Positions 1 through 11,783 of a stretch of 64,000 nt of DNA are shown one piece after another. A program made the translations under genes and the position numbers. Below the pieces are notes generated by a model, which was not told where the DNA came from, made no database searches, and saw nothing but the letters and a program-made list of their open reading frames with translations. This stretch comes from Cyanidioschyzon merolae (lineage: Eukaryota). Positions within the stretch are counted from its first letter, which is position 1, and every line of letters starts with the position of its first letter. Location of the stretch: the NCBI GenBank assembly GCA_000091205.1, contig AP006493.2; one strand, given 5' to 3'.

Positions 1-116
1 TGGAACTTGGAGGTAGAGTGCAGGACAATGGACGCATTTTCGATTACCAAGATACCCATCTATCAAGCAATCTGGGATCTATGGTCAATGGAACCGTGTT
101 GTGTCATCAGAAAAAA

Positions 117-212
<96 letters not shown>
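117..212. repeat. (GCGT)n tetranucleotide microsatellite, about 24 units, alternating purine-pyrimidine
   Basis: Direct reading gives tgcg repeated without interruption from ~117 to ~212. It sits immediately 5' of the DNA ligase ORF. Confidence 0.95.
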
Positions 213-215
<3 letters not shown>

Positions 216-262
216 GACAAACTCTCTGCTGTCCAAGTCTTGCTATTGAGCCAGTTGCTTTT

Positions 263-3200
263 ATGACCTGCAATTGGCAGCTAGCTCACGTACTCTGGCG
301 TCAAGAGCATCTTCGTTCCATGAAGGTTATCTGCACTGTCGCAAAAAAAGAATTATCTGCCACATTCAAGCGACCTTCGAACGGGTACGAGCTGTCGTTC
401 GCGCTACCCAGGCCCCGTCCGCCGCAAAAGCACTGCGGGCCCACAGCTCGTCGAACTGCAGCTGCTGCTTCGCGGCGTGAAGTCTCCTGTCCAACTACCC
501 CGAGCCGATGCCGTTGGAGCGTGCGGACACACAACCTGTCCGCCTGGAACGCCCGAACAGGAACTGACCTCAGCGGGGCGGCGGTGGTGCCTTCGCTGCA
601 GGCCGCCTCTCAACCAGCATTGGTGTCGGCGCGGTTGGCGCGCTGCGCACCTGCAACTTGCAACGCCGGGCACGGCATAAGCAGCCGCAGAGAACGACGC
701 CGAGTGAGTGATTTCTTCGGCTACATCCCGTTGGGAAGTTTCGAGGGACCCGGGAGGCTGTTAACAATCTTCGAGAGTGCGGAAGTGAGCTTAGTGAAGG
801 AGATGCCCCCTCTGCACCGAAAGCAGTCCCGTCGCGTTGTATGTGTTGCGGACACGAGCAGTGATGACAGTTCGTCATCGGCAATGGCTTCAGAAGCCTC
901 AAAGTTCCCTGGCCCCGATAAGTTTCAAAACGCAGCGCTTACACGCACATCCGAGAATGAGTTGGACGCAAATCAGCCTGGAACTGGCACGCTCGACAGT
1001 GTTGAAGAAACTCCAGTCTACGGAGCGCCAACCACGGACGCTTCGAGCGACGGTTTATCTCCAAGAACGCCTAGGAAACCTTCGGGTACATCTTCATCGT
1101 TGGATCGGGAAGAGGGAGACGCTGGTGGCTCCGAGTTGTTCGGAACCGGACGATTGCGACCAACAGCCTCGGAACAGGTAGCGGAGGTCAAGAGCGATGT
1201 CTCGCCGGCGGACGCGGACAGCAACCACCGGCTCGCATCAACGCTCCAGACCGCTCAGCTTGGTTCAAGCGAAGCGAAGCCGCCCAAGAAACGAGCCCGC
1301 AAAGGAGAGCGCGCCAAACGCACGCTCAGCACCAAGGCGAACGGCGACTCGGATGACGAGGATCGACAGACAGGACTATACGGTGCCCTGGCGGCAGACG
1401 ATTACCTGAAGCTGTTTGAGCCCTGTTGGGAGCCCGGCCAACCCGTCCCATATAGTTTTCTTGCGAATGCGTTTGAAACAATGGCGGGAACAAGCGGACG
1501 CATCGACCTGACCCGCCAACTTGCCTGTGTTCTGTTCCATGTACTGAATCGAACGCCGGTGGATCTATTGCCGACCATTTACCTAGTCATTAACCGGCTA
1601 GCACCAGCGCATGAAGGTCTTGAAATCGGCGTTGGAGACGCTCTGTTGTTGCAAGCGCTTGCCGATGCCACAGGGCGGAGTCTCAGCAAACTCAGAGAAG
1701 ACTATCACCGGACAGGCGACCTGGGAGATGTCGCCGTCCATTCGCGAACGACGCAGCGCACCATGTTCGCCGTGCCTCGCCTGACGATTCGCAATGTCTA
1801 CAATGAGTTGCTGGCCATTGCACGCGCTTCCGGTAAGGCAATGCAGGAAGAAAAACGTCGCCGTATTCAGAAGCTCCTCGTCGCTGCAAAGAATAATGAA
1901 GCGAAGTTTATTGCCAGGGCACTACAAGGAAGATTGCGTATTCGGCTTGCGGAGAAAACCGTTATTCTGGCACTTGCGGCCGCATTTGTACAGAATGCGG
2001 CAGCGAGTCGTGGTACGCACCCGGATGCGGCACGCGTCGAACGGGCTGCGCACCTACTGCGAACATCATCCAATGAATGCCCGTCATGGAATATGATTAC
2101 TGAGGCATTGCTCGAGTTGCAAGATATCGATGAGCGGCTTCTCGAGCGATGTCATTTGACACCAGGCCTCCCAGTGATGCCCATGCTTGCCAAACCCAGT
2201 AGGTCTATAGCGGAAGTCCTCACTCGGTTCGAAGGGATGCGCTTTACCTGCGAATACAAGTATGATGGCGAGCGAGCCCAGATCCACGGCCTCGCAGATG
2301 GATCCATCCGCATATACTCACGGAATGCTGAAGATCATACGCGCAAATATCCGGACGTCATGGAGCAGATACTACAGGCGGTTGGCTCGTCATCCGATCA
2401 GCCTTCTTTTATTCTGGATTCGGAGGTGGTAGCCTTTGATCGAGACGCCCAACGCATTCTACCTTTCCAGTACATTCAGCAGCGCGCGCGCAAACACGTC
2501 TCGCTGGACGACCTCAAAACGAACGTTCTCATCGTGGCGTTCGATATCCTATACTGGAGAGGAGAGCCCCTGACTCGCAAGCCATTGGCAGAACGGCGAG
2601 CGATCCTGCGGGATGCCTTTCAAGAGGTGCCGGGTGGTTTTCGCTTTGCGACGCGACGCGATGTAAGCGACCTGGACGGTATTCAAAAGTTCATGGAGGA
2701 GGCTGTGCGTGATTCGTGTGAGGGCCTCATGGTGAAAGCGCTTGAAGGTCCTCTTTCGACTTATGAACCGGCGAATAGAACACAGCACTGGCTCAAGCTC
2801 AAGAAGGACTACCTCCGGACAATCGGCGATACACTGGATCTGGTTCCGATTGGTGCGTATTACGGTCGCGGCAAGCGAACCGGCTGGTTCGGCTCGTTTT
2901 TGCTCGCCTGCTATAATCCAGAGACGGAACAGTTCGAGGCAGTAACACGAGTCGGCACGGGCTTTTCGGAAGAGCAGATGGCCCAGCTCCACTCGGAGTA
3001 TGCGCAGTACGTGCTGGATAGCCCACGGCCGTATGTGGCCTGCAGCGAGTCCGTGAAACCGGACATTTGGTTGGATCCCCGCCAGGTTTGGGAGGTTCAG
3101 TGCGCTGATTTGAGCATCTCGCCCGCTTACGTGGCAGCCTGTGGGTACATTGCCCCAGACAAGGGCATCTCGGTTCGCTTTCCTCGTCTGCTACGAATCC

Positions 3201-3349
3201 GGAGCGATAAGCGGCCGGAGGATGCTACGACCAGTGCACAGCTCGCTGAAATGTATCGGAATCAGTTCCGGTCTACGGAGAGCTCGTCTGAATCTTCATC
3301 ATCTGCAGCGCCTAGCGATGAAGAGCCAGAAAGAAACGCGGATGACTAG
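263..3349 (+). CDS. LIG1: ATP-dependent DNA ligase I. The start is uncertain: the ORF is open from 263, and the first strong internal ATG is at 803.
   Basis: The translation contains the ligase adenylation motif KYDGERAQIH, plus EGLMVK, WLKLKKDY and the C-terminal OB-fold region (ISVRFPRLLRIRSDK). The N-terminal half is acidic, low-complexity and Ser-rich, typical of eukaryotic LIG1/CDC9. A PIP-box-like RRVSDFFGY lies in the N-terminal extension. Confidence 0.9.
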   Translation: MTCNWQLAHVLWRQEHLRSMKVICTVAKKELSATFKRPSNGYELSFALPRPRPPQKHCGPTARRTAAAASRREVSCPTTPSRCRWSVRTHNLSAWNARTGTDLSGAAVVPSLQAASQPALVSARLARCAPATCNAGHGISSRRERRRVSDFFGYIPLGSFEGPGRLLTIFESAEVSLVKEMPPLHRKQSRRVVCVADTSSDDSSSSAMASEASKFPGPDKFQNAALTRTSENELDANQPGTGTLDSVEETPVYGAPTTDASSDGLSPRTPRKPSGTSSSLDREEGDAGGSELFGTGRLRPTASEQVAEVKSDVSPADADSNHRLASTLQTAQLGSSEAKPPKKRARKGERAKRTLSTKANGDSDDEDRQTGLYGALAADDYLKLFEPCWEPGQPVPYSFLANAFETMAGTSGRIDLTRQLACVLFHVLNRTPVDLLPTIYLVINRLAPAHEGLEIGVGDALLLQALADATGRSLSKLREDYHRTGDLGDVAVHSRTTQRTMFAVPRLTIRNVYNELLAIARASGKAMQEEKRRRIQKLLVAAKNNEAKFIARALQGRLRIRLAEKTVILALAAAFVQNAAASRGTHPDAARVERAAHLLRTSSNECPSWNMITEALLELQDIDERLLERCHLTPGLPVMPMLAKPSRSIAEVLTRFEGMRFTCEYKYDGERAQIHGLADGSIRIYSRNAEDHTRKYPDVMEQILQAVGSSSDQPSFILDSEVVAFDRDAQRILPFQYIQQRARKHVSLDDLKTNVLIVAFDILYWRGEPLTRKPLAERRAILRDAFQEVPGGFRFATRRDVSDLDGIQKFMEEAVRDSCEGLMVKALEGPLSTYEPANRTQHWLKLKKDYLRTIGDTLDLVPIGAYYGRGKRTGWFGSFLLACYNPETEQFEAVTRVGTGFSEEQMAQLHSEYAQYVLDSPRPYVACSESVKPDIWLDPRQVWEVQCADLSISPAYVAACGYIAPDKGISVRFPRLLRIRSDKRPEDATTSAQLAEMYRNQFRSTESSSESSSSAAPSDEEPERNADD

Positions 3350-4214
3350 GATTTCGTCTCAAAAAGCGGAACACAAAGGAACCACGCACCCGTGGCATAA
3401 GCTGCGCCCACGCGCTGACGCCCCAACTGCTTGGCACCCACTCGCCACACAAAGTGTTTGACTCGCAAGCCTATTCAAAACTGCGAGCGCTCACAATGCA
3501 GGATCCGTGAATCTCACCGATTGCGCTTGCATCAACCTCAGCGCGCTCGCCGTCGCTTTCCATAACGCGAGCTCCCGAACGGGCGGAAGCGGTCGAAGGT
3601 ATGCCACTCCAGTGGTAGGCTTGGCTTGCAGCCCTGACTACCCAGATGGTTCAGGGCCAGGAATCGGCTGCGGTCTAGCGGTATCAGAATGTGGCATTGG
3701 CGAGTCGTTGCTGACCGAGGACTTGCAGCTTCACGCCGCGATGAGAATGACCTCGGAGCTGTTTGTGGTGTATCCAATATACGACACGTTGACTGAACGG
3801 CACCGTGGCGCGGGTCAACCGGAAACACGAATGGATGCTTTTTGGGACGATGAAGCGTCATCCGAAAGCCGCGTCATCAACGTGTCCTAGAGACCCGTTC
3901 ATTATGATTGGGCCTGTCCGTAGAACGCGTTTACCTGGAGCAAGTCGTTTTGCGCGACCGAAACGGATGCTCTACAAGAATCTACGATGCCATACTTTGA
4001 AAGCTCGTACAGTGAGATCTGCAGTGTCTCTACCACCACAACGTTACTGTTTGTTTTTTCGCAGGTACCTGGCAAAATGTATGTACGCTGCAGACGGGAA
4101 GAGGGTCGCGGAACGCCTTGCTGCGGTCACAGCTAGCTTGGAGGGGAGACCCCACGACCTCTACCTGTCCGTTATATTGCTGTCAAGAGGTGGATGAGTC
4201 ACATTGATGATCAC

Positions 4215-4330
4215 CGTTATCCTGAAAGTCTCGCACCCAAAACAGAGCTTGGTAGACGCTATCCACACGAATCTCCTTTTGCTAATCCATTCGATTCCAT
4301 ACGTTCTATAAGAAATAATACCGAAGAAGC
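4215..4330. repeat. Dispersed repeat family F, copy 1 (homologous to ~52895-53030)
   Basis: Spurious ORFs 4161..4508(-) and 52856..53053(-) share YRTYGIEW/TTYGVEW and ETFRITVI/RTFRITCT. The nucleotide stretches 'cgttatcctgaa(a/c)gtc...caaaaca(g/a)ag' align. Confidence 0.5.
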
Positions 4331-7300
4331 TGCAGGACGTGAAGTTGACTGTTAGTTGATACGAACGGTGATGACGGGATATGCGTGGACAGAAAGAAAC
4401 ACGCTTCCAGTCGAGACCGTTCCGCACTGAACGATACACCATCGATTTCGAACGAAAACGCGAACGCCTGGCACAGCGGGGTCTGGTGTGCTTTCCACTG
4501 AACGACACCTGATTCGGGAGACGCTCTCTACATGAATACGGGTACTCAAGGAGCGGCAGGCTGCTGTTTAAAAACGAGAGACAGGTGAGTATGACGACAG
4601 CTTCGGTATTAGCAGCGAATCAATCATGTGGTCGCCTGTTGATCGTTAACCAGATAGGAGCGTTGCACACCGCATGCTTCATGGAAATTTTCATCGTAAA
4701 TGCTTCTTTCCCGCATTCTTCTATTCTGTTCTTGTTCAGCGCTATATATCATCACTCAAAAACGGTCGACAATTACGCGGCTTTGCGGGGCGTGTAGCAG
4801 CTGCTCGTGCTCGCCTTCTCTCAGCGGTTTATCAAAGTCGAGGGCCTCTTCTCCGTTGTCAAGCGCCATCTGCACGTTCACAAATCCATAGACGAGTCGT
4901 TTGCATCCATACATTGTTCTTCGACAAATCGGTACCTGCTACCGTCAGCATGCTTAAAACGCCGTGTTGCTCTTCGATCCGTACCTGGTAGGGAGCGAGA
5001 AGGCATGTCTCGGTCCGAGTACATGCATAGGATGCAGAGATTGACGAAATGATCGCCAAAGAAAAGTAGATACATTCAGAGAAAGGGCAGGTTCCGGTCT
5101 ATCCATCGATCTTGGGGATCTGAATCCGGCAACCAAATCGGGGATGGAGCCCAGCGACCACATCAATGCCACATCGCCGAGTAAAGGAGAAGCAAATGAA
5201 AGCACCGGGCAAAGAAGAGAAGGATTTTGCTGAATAGAGTACAAGATGGGACAGGAGGGGGAAAGTGTCTCAGCAGCGGGATCGGTAGGGAGCAATTGTA
5301 AAAAAGTGCATTTTCAAACGCTTCCGCGATGAGCATCTTCCATAGAGAATCAAGATTCAGGGCATCATTCGGGATCGTATAGCTTAGTGCTCGATACATG
5401 CTCGCTTGTCCTGCCTCGTTTGGACACATGTCGTCGAGCAACTGCTAGAAGGCGTTCCACGCGCACTACTCTCACGTATACGAATCGATACGGAATTTTT
5501 CAGTCAGGCCTTCGTGTGAAAACACCACCGATGCTCCGAAAAGCAGTTGCAATGAGTCCGGGTCGTAGGGGAAAGGATTTGTACGCGAATCCACGCTTTC
5601 CTGAACATATCAGATAACGCAAAATGTATCTTTGGCGGTCGGAACATTTCCAGCGCAGATACGAAAAACGTATCCAACCAGCCTCAAGAACGTAAAGCGA
5701 ATGCGAATCAATGCCAAGCGTTTGATGACGCGCAGTCTGCGGGCCATCCTTCCCTTGCCTCACATGCTCAGAAAATGGGACGAATGCAAAGCATTCCGGG
5801 GGTCTCGATGGTGACAAATGAGGATTTGGCGCTAGCTGATCAGCTGGACATGGTGGAGAGGGCGGAAGAGCTGTCAGAATGAGAAGGAACGTCGCTTCAG
5901 AGCGTTGAAGCTCATGATGTTGCTGTTGACCTCGGATCGACGACAGGCTGTATTCAAAGTGCGGCTGAAGCTTGATGCTTGGCCTTCCTGCATCTCGCGC
6001 TACTACGTTTCTGAGAACAGCGCCTTGCAGAGCAAAACAGACTACGTGTCCGTATACGAGCGCCCTGACCTCCTCAAGCGTCTATTCAATATTATTCCTA
6101 CGTGGAAAATGAGGGCCCAATATACCACAACAGAGACTTCTTTACTGTATTGCGTGGCCTTCGGTTTGAGTTACGGCTGGTTTCGAGGAGCGAACAACAT
6201 GCATTCGAACAACACCGCGAAGGCTTTTGGTGGAGATCGTTCAATAGTTTTCATTTACGAGGAGGAAATCGAAAGAAATGCGCAAGGACAATGAAGACCA
6301 ACAAAATATCACTCGGCGTGCTGTTCGCGAATGCCAGGCCTAGTTCGAATAACGAGACCCAGTTTCAACCTCTCGATGTAGATGAGGAGAAAGACTTCTT
6401 GGCGGACGTCGATACCCGGTTGAAAGGAAAAGATAGCCGTCATTGGACCTCTTCATCAAGACGATGGAGCAAATGAGCTGAACGCAGAGCACGTGAAGCC
6501 GTCCAAAATTTCCGCGGGGCTCAGTCTCATCAAGAGTTGGTCACGACGCAGGCCCGGACCGAAAACGGGAACTCGAATGACTGCGTCAGGATCCGTCGCG
6601 ATTCTCTGAGCACACTATCGAGCAGAGCAGGGACGATTTGTTCATTTCATGCTGAGAGGGACATCCATACTCCAAATGGCTCATGCGGGCAATCGTTTTC
6701 AAGAGAAAAAGAGATCACGCTGGGGTCACCAACGGTTTCGATTGCACGAAGGAGGGAGGCGTGCACTCACCAACTTGTTCTATGAGTTGGAAAGGGAAAT
6801 GAACGCAATTCGAGTCGTTCGGCGGAAGCCTATGGCGCTGGACATGCTGTAGCGTACAAATGCTGCACGTTTGCTTCTTCGATGAGAGTGTACAACAAGC
6901 GCAGTTGCCGATTCACCGCGATTCCCATCGATACATCGGGGACCATACACATGTATCCAAAGCACAGATGCACACTGACACCAACAGAGAACAAGAGCGT
7001 GAAACAGAGCCAGATGCTCGACTTGGTCAACGCGAAGTACATTGAACCTCACATCACGAGGCAAGACAGGGTCACAGGCTCGCCATGGACTGATTCCACC
7101 GGCAACCATGCGCCCAAGCAACATGCTCAACGCAACATAAACGTCTCATGCTCTCAGAGCAGCTACCAGCTGCGTGTCGAGGCAGCCTTAGAGCTTCCCT
7201 TTACCTACGCAGTGCGGGCATTGCGCTGAAATGCGGAAGACTTTCGAAAAAGCTCACCAGCTGGGAGTGAAGGAGTCGGATTCCCAGTCGGCGTAAAACA

Positions 7301-7778
7301 CTGGTCTGGTACGGTTCAGGAATCCAGCACGCCTGGAGCGCAGTATACACACACACCACGAACGACTGTCTAGGGCAACTGGTGCAGGAGAACAGTGTTC
7401 CATTATTCGCAAGTACAGCGTATACACACGCATATTCGACGGGCCCAGTTGGGTTCTCGCTCGGTCTCTGCCTCAGGGCTGCGCAGAGTATTCCACAGAC
7501 GGCATCACCTGACAGGGATCGATTCGCAAGTGCAGTAGGACGCGCCCTCTAACACTCTGAAAACTCCAAAGATGCTTCCAGACCGAATCGACGAACCGAC
7601 TTCGTCTCCCCGTTGCAAGATGCCACGAGGCAGCTCACCTGGATTTGAATATCTCGCGTTTTTGCGAATGTGCAGAGTTCTATATGCAAGCGTGCCTACA
7701 TTCTCAACTACATGCCTTTGCGCAAGTCTCTAGGTTCATACGTGCTTGCGTGCTCGGGTTCCTTCATTCAGACCAGCG

Positions 7779-9506
7779 TCAATTGGTGCTCTGTGAACTC
7801 GACGCTGACCCTGCCGCCTCCGTAGGTCGCTCCGGTCGAAAAACTCGTGCATGGTACGCGTCTGGCGACGGCAACTGCGCTCCGGTTTCCGCAGCTTTGC
7901 GCACGACCGCAGGATGAGCAATGCCGAGCTGCGCATAAAGATCGCGTCGTCTGATACCGACTTCGCTCTCTCCGAGCTTTTGGTAGCAGGCTCGTCGGAC
8001 AGACTGGATCGCCTCTGGCGATACCATCACGTAGACGGGTACATACAGCGGGACATAAGCGACAGCAGCGCCTTGCGGTGTCCCAGCAGCGACCGGTAGC
8101 TCCATCGCGGCTGCTGCCGCTGCTTCTGCCGCAGCAGCGGAGCGGTTCACGCGCCCGTCCCGATATCGCCAATCGTCGATATTCCACCATAAAGCGAGCA
8201 GCACTGCGATGCACGCGATAAGTACAAATCGACTAAGCACCGCTTCGTAGCCGAACGCATCTACCACGTGACCCACGTAGATGCTCATGAGACTTGTTCC
8301 CAGGTTCTGCAGGGCCTGCGCAATACCGAGCGCCGCTCCCAGGGCCCAGACCGGCGAAATAACCGTCATAGAAGGCCAAACAGAACTGGAAAGACCGCTG
8401 AAAGCCACCCCCATGCAAATCATGCCGTAGACCGGGCGCGGCACCGGTTGCCATGCAGACGTGCGGGTGTGCTCTAGAAGGGCAAAGGATAGCAGATTCA
8501 GCGTGCACGACACAAGAACGAAGATTCCACGCAAACCAACTGCGTCGAATAGACGCCCGAGAAGTGGCGCCAGCACCATGGAAAAATCGTATACGAGCGA
8601 CACCAAGAGGCTGCCTCGCTCGCGTGAAGTGCCGAACGCCTGATGCAGCAAGTCGCTTCCGATTGCGATAAACGAGAATACCAACGCATAGGACACCATG
8701 CTGATCCCAGCGCACAGCCAGAATGAAAGATCAAGGCATCTGGCAACTTGGAGCAAACTCGAGCGTCTGCTCCGGGGCGAGCGTTCCCCAGCAGGAGCCC
8801 GTGTCCGCGTTTTCGTCGGCTGGAGTGCTGCGGCTCCCTCGGCACGCTTGTGCTCTACAGAGAGCTCAATCGAAGCATAGACCAGAGCAGCACATATCGA
8901 GAGCGCACAAATAATGACACCCACTGCGAATGCCGACACAATGCCGGCAACCTGGTCCACAACCGGCAATAACATGAATGAGAGGATACTGCCAATACGT
9001 GAAACAGTCAAGCTCAGTCCGAAAGCAGTAGCGAGTTCATGACCAGCAAACCAACGACTCACGATAATTGACTGGCAAACGCCGAGGGACTCGCCACCCA
9101 TGCCGAAGATGAAACGCCCACTCAGCAGGAGCCAGTAGCGATGTTGCAGAACGCCGATCAGCATGACCACCTGACCGACCAAGACCAGCGTTGCCAAAGC
9201 AAGCGAGGCCCGGCGACTGCCGTACGTGTCGATTACCAGTCCACCGATAAAAACGAGAACGACGTTAGGCCACGAGTAAATTGAGAAGAGAACGTTATAC
9301 TGGAATCCGGTTAACTGGAGCTTTTCTCGCAGCGTAATCACAAGCGCACTAGGTGTGTCGTAGCAGAAGTACGAGCCGAACGTCAACAGACAGGCCGCGG
9401 CGAGTATCAGGGCACGTGTTGAACCCGACGCCTCGATCGCAGCTTGCGCTGAACTAGCGTCTTGTTGGGGTTTCGCGGACTCGATGCTTCCGTAGTCGTC
9501 CTCCAT
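7779..9506 (-). CDS. Major facilitator superfamily transporter, MFSD1-like
   Basis: 575-aa ORF with about 12 hydrophobic helices. The N-terminus has LLTFGSYFCYDTPSAL (the YFCYD-P motif typical of MFSD1-like MFS proteins) and an MFS loop signature GGLVIDTYGSRRASL. The C-terminal tail is hydrophilic. Confidence 0.75.
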   Translation of the reverse strand: MEDDYGSIESAKPQQDASSAQAAIEASGSTRALILAAACLLTFGSYFCYDTPSALVITLREKLQLTGFQYNVLFSIYSWPNVVLVFIGGLVIDTYGSRRASLALATLVLVGQVVMLIGVLQHRYWLLLSGRFIFGMGGESLGVCQSIIVSRWFAGHELATAFGLSLTVSRIGSILSFMLLPVVDQVAGIVSAFAVGVIICALSICAALVYASIELSVEHKRAEGAAALQPTKTRTRAPAGERSPRSRRSSLLQVARCLDLSFWLCAGISMVSYALVFSFIAIGSDLLHQAFGTSRERGSLLVSLVYDFSMVLAPLLGRLFDAVGLRGIFVLVSCTLNLLSFALLEHTRTSAWQPVPRPVYGMICMGVAFSGLSSSVWPSMTVISPVWALGAALGIAQALQNLGTSLMSIYVGHVVDAFGYEAVLSRFVLIACIAVLLALWWNIDDWRYRDGRVNRSAAAAEAAAAAAMELPVAAGTPQGAAVAYVPLYVPVYVMVSPEAIQSVRRACYQKLGESEVGIRRRDLYAQLGIAHPAVVRKAAETGAQLPSPDAYHARVFRPERPTEAAGSASSSQSTN

Positions 9507-11783
9507 GGGTACGGAGGCGGAAGAGCCTCCGCTTTTGCAACGAGCGACAGCTGAACGCTGTGAAACGTCGCAGTTGTAGCGCTATGAGCTGCTTGCACCA
9601 ACCTCCAGCCTGAAAAATGGAGAAGCCTCAGCAACCAGAACCAGATCAAGCGACTAGTCGATGGAAGACTATGGATATTGCGACACAGACGCCAAGTTCA
9701 TACGGAACGAAGCCGAGCAGCAAGTTGGCGCTGAAACGGTTTGTCGGCGTTTCGTGACGGCCACGTTTCCTCGCCAAGCAGCCGCCTTGATGGATCTACT
9801 GAAACTCCGCGAGGAGCGTGTACGTTATCCTCCTGCGGAATGCGGACTTGACGTTTCCGTTTGGAGATTATAGTATCGCCCACAATTTTCCCCTGTGAAT
9901 ACCAGGGCAATACGTCACGTTGTGGGGTTGGATATCGAGATACCGACCAAAATATCACTGTGTGGATATATAGGCTAGGAGTTCATCTCGCTCGTTCGAA
10001 TTTCATGATGTGGACCGTATTGTTTCCACATGCACACCAGCGTATTTCTTGCAGCTCCTCGGTTTGCATATCAGGGTGCATGGACCTCGTTGTGAGGCCC
10101 CCGCGGACACTACGCCCGTACTGGATTTATGTAGAACATTGGAATGTTGGATGTGTGCCTGCCTTGAGATCTTTTTCTTACTTTTTTTACGTGTACATAC
10201 TTGGTATTCGAAGCACAGCGATATGGACTTTCCCACTTATAGGTAGTTATATGATGCCCGGCCGTCTCCTCGGAGTGACTTCATCGACGCTTTGCTGCTG
10301 AAGCTCGTAACAAGCCCAGGACCCAGATAATGAGCGAAGCTCTCGAGCAGCGCTACGAAAATACCCGATTCCATAATCCAATTCATAACTGCAAGAATCT
10401 GATCTTCTCTGTACCTCATGAGTAGCTTGCCCGAACCATGTATTCATCAACTTTTCGAACTCTGTATTTTAAGGCGACGTGTGAGCGCAGCAATGGGCGT
10501 CGCTGGACTGACGACGAGCATAGCTTGACGTGGTCCCTCGATGGCTGCTTCGCAAGCTCACTCCACAAGTTCACTAATCATCTCACGTTAAGTACTCGAC
10601 ACCACTCGAAAGATAAACCCTAAACCCATTGTGGTCGACGACGAGGCGGCATTCGACGGCAGCATGATACCTGTCCAGGGATACGCTCCAATGGTATCCC
10701 GTCTCTTCTCTTTCCATTGAATCTAGAACGCCATCAGCGCAGTGAATGGAAGCAGATACTGAGTTATTGAATGGAACAGAGTGCGCTCGCGGAGGCACTG
10801 GACAAGGTACTCGCAGATGCGATGTCCCAGAAGAGGCCCATGATCCTGGGGTGCGGCACTAGGCGTAAAAGCCGAAGAGATACCGAATAGATCCATCTGG
10901 ACCCGCGAAGAGCATGTGCCGAGCGGTAAAGGAAGCATTGATGCATCACAGTGCGGTGCTCGGAGAAAGAGGTGTCATGGACATATACGAACAAGTGACC
11001 ACAAAATCCTGTAATCACTGCAAAAAGCGCAACGACGCTATCTTTATACGAAAAACATGGAAAGTGAAGCATTGATACCATTTTCCGCCTGTAACTGAGT
11101 TGCGTCGGCAACAGCCGTAATTGATCTCGTCTGTACTCGGACGGCGCCATCAACATCTTTCAACGGCTGACAAGCGGCCTGAGGGCTACGAGTGCCCCGC
11201 TTAGTCGAATCTGGAGATCACAGAGAGGAAAAGGAAGCAGTCCGACAATCGTCACCATAAAGGCTGGAGTTGATAAGCGTCCAAAGACGCCCAAACGTCG
11301 ACGTGTACATCATGGTGAACCGAGTAGAAAATGTTCCATGGTACTCCGCTAGACGAATCGGTGGAGACAGTTCAGCCGCGGCACCAATACCCCCGATAAT
11401 CGCTTCTTCAACAAAACGTCCAAAACTGCCCCTTCCGGGCGGACGCAATCGCTTTGCAACCCAAGTTCGAGGCGCGAGCCAAGCCATTGCGTTGGCGTGT
11501 GAAGCAGCACCGCATTCTGTTCACCCCGGACAACTATTTTTCTGTCGGCTGGTACGGCTTGACCTCGACCGACTTGCACAGTCCGATCGGGTTCTGTGGG
11601 TTTACTGCTCTACTACCTGACTCTGCGAAGTTGTGCAGAACTGAGAGGAACTGTTGAAGCCACGACGAGCTCGAGGCCCCGCTCGTCACACAGGCGAGCA
11701 TCGCCTTGTGCTTTTTCGTGTAAGATAACTTCACACGGTGTTCCATACTTGTTTGCGTCGAATACGCTCCCAGAAAATATTGC

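Noticed and set aside
117-212. Could the regular short repeat be a CRISPR array?
   Set aside because: It is a perfect 4-bp microsatellite with no spacers, and the locus is eukaryotic (spliceosomal intron, NEMF, Rad6, Sen54, endosulfine). There is no CRISPR architecture.
2549-2992. Long antisense or alternative-frame ORFs inside recognised genes (for example 2549..2992-, 7768..8214-, 8233..8715-, 46750..47346-, 35202..35792+)
   Set aside because: Open frames on all six phases are expected by chance in GC-rich coding DNA. None has a recognisable domain, and each lies entirely within a better-supported gene.
10612-10632. Plant-type telomere-like motif aaaccctaaaccc
   Set aside because: It has fewer than two units, so it is too short to call an interstitial telomeric repeat.
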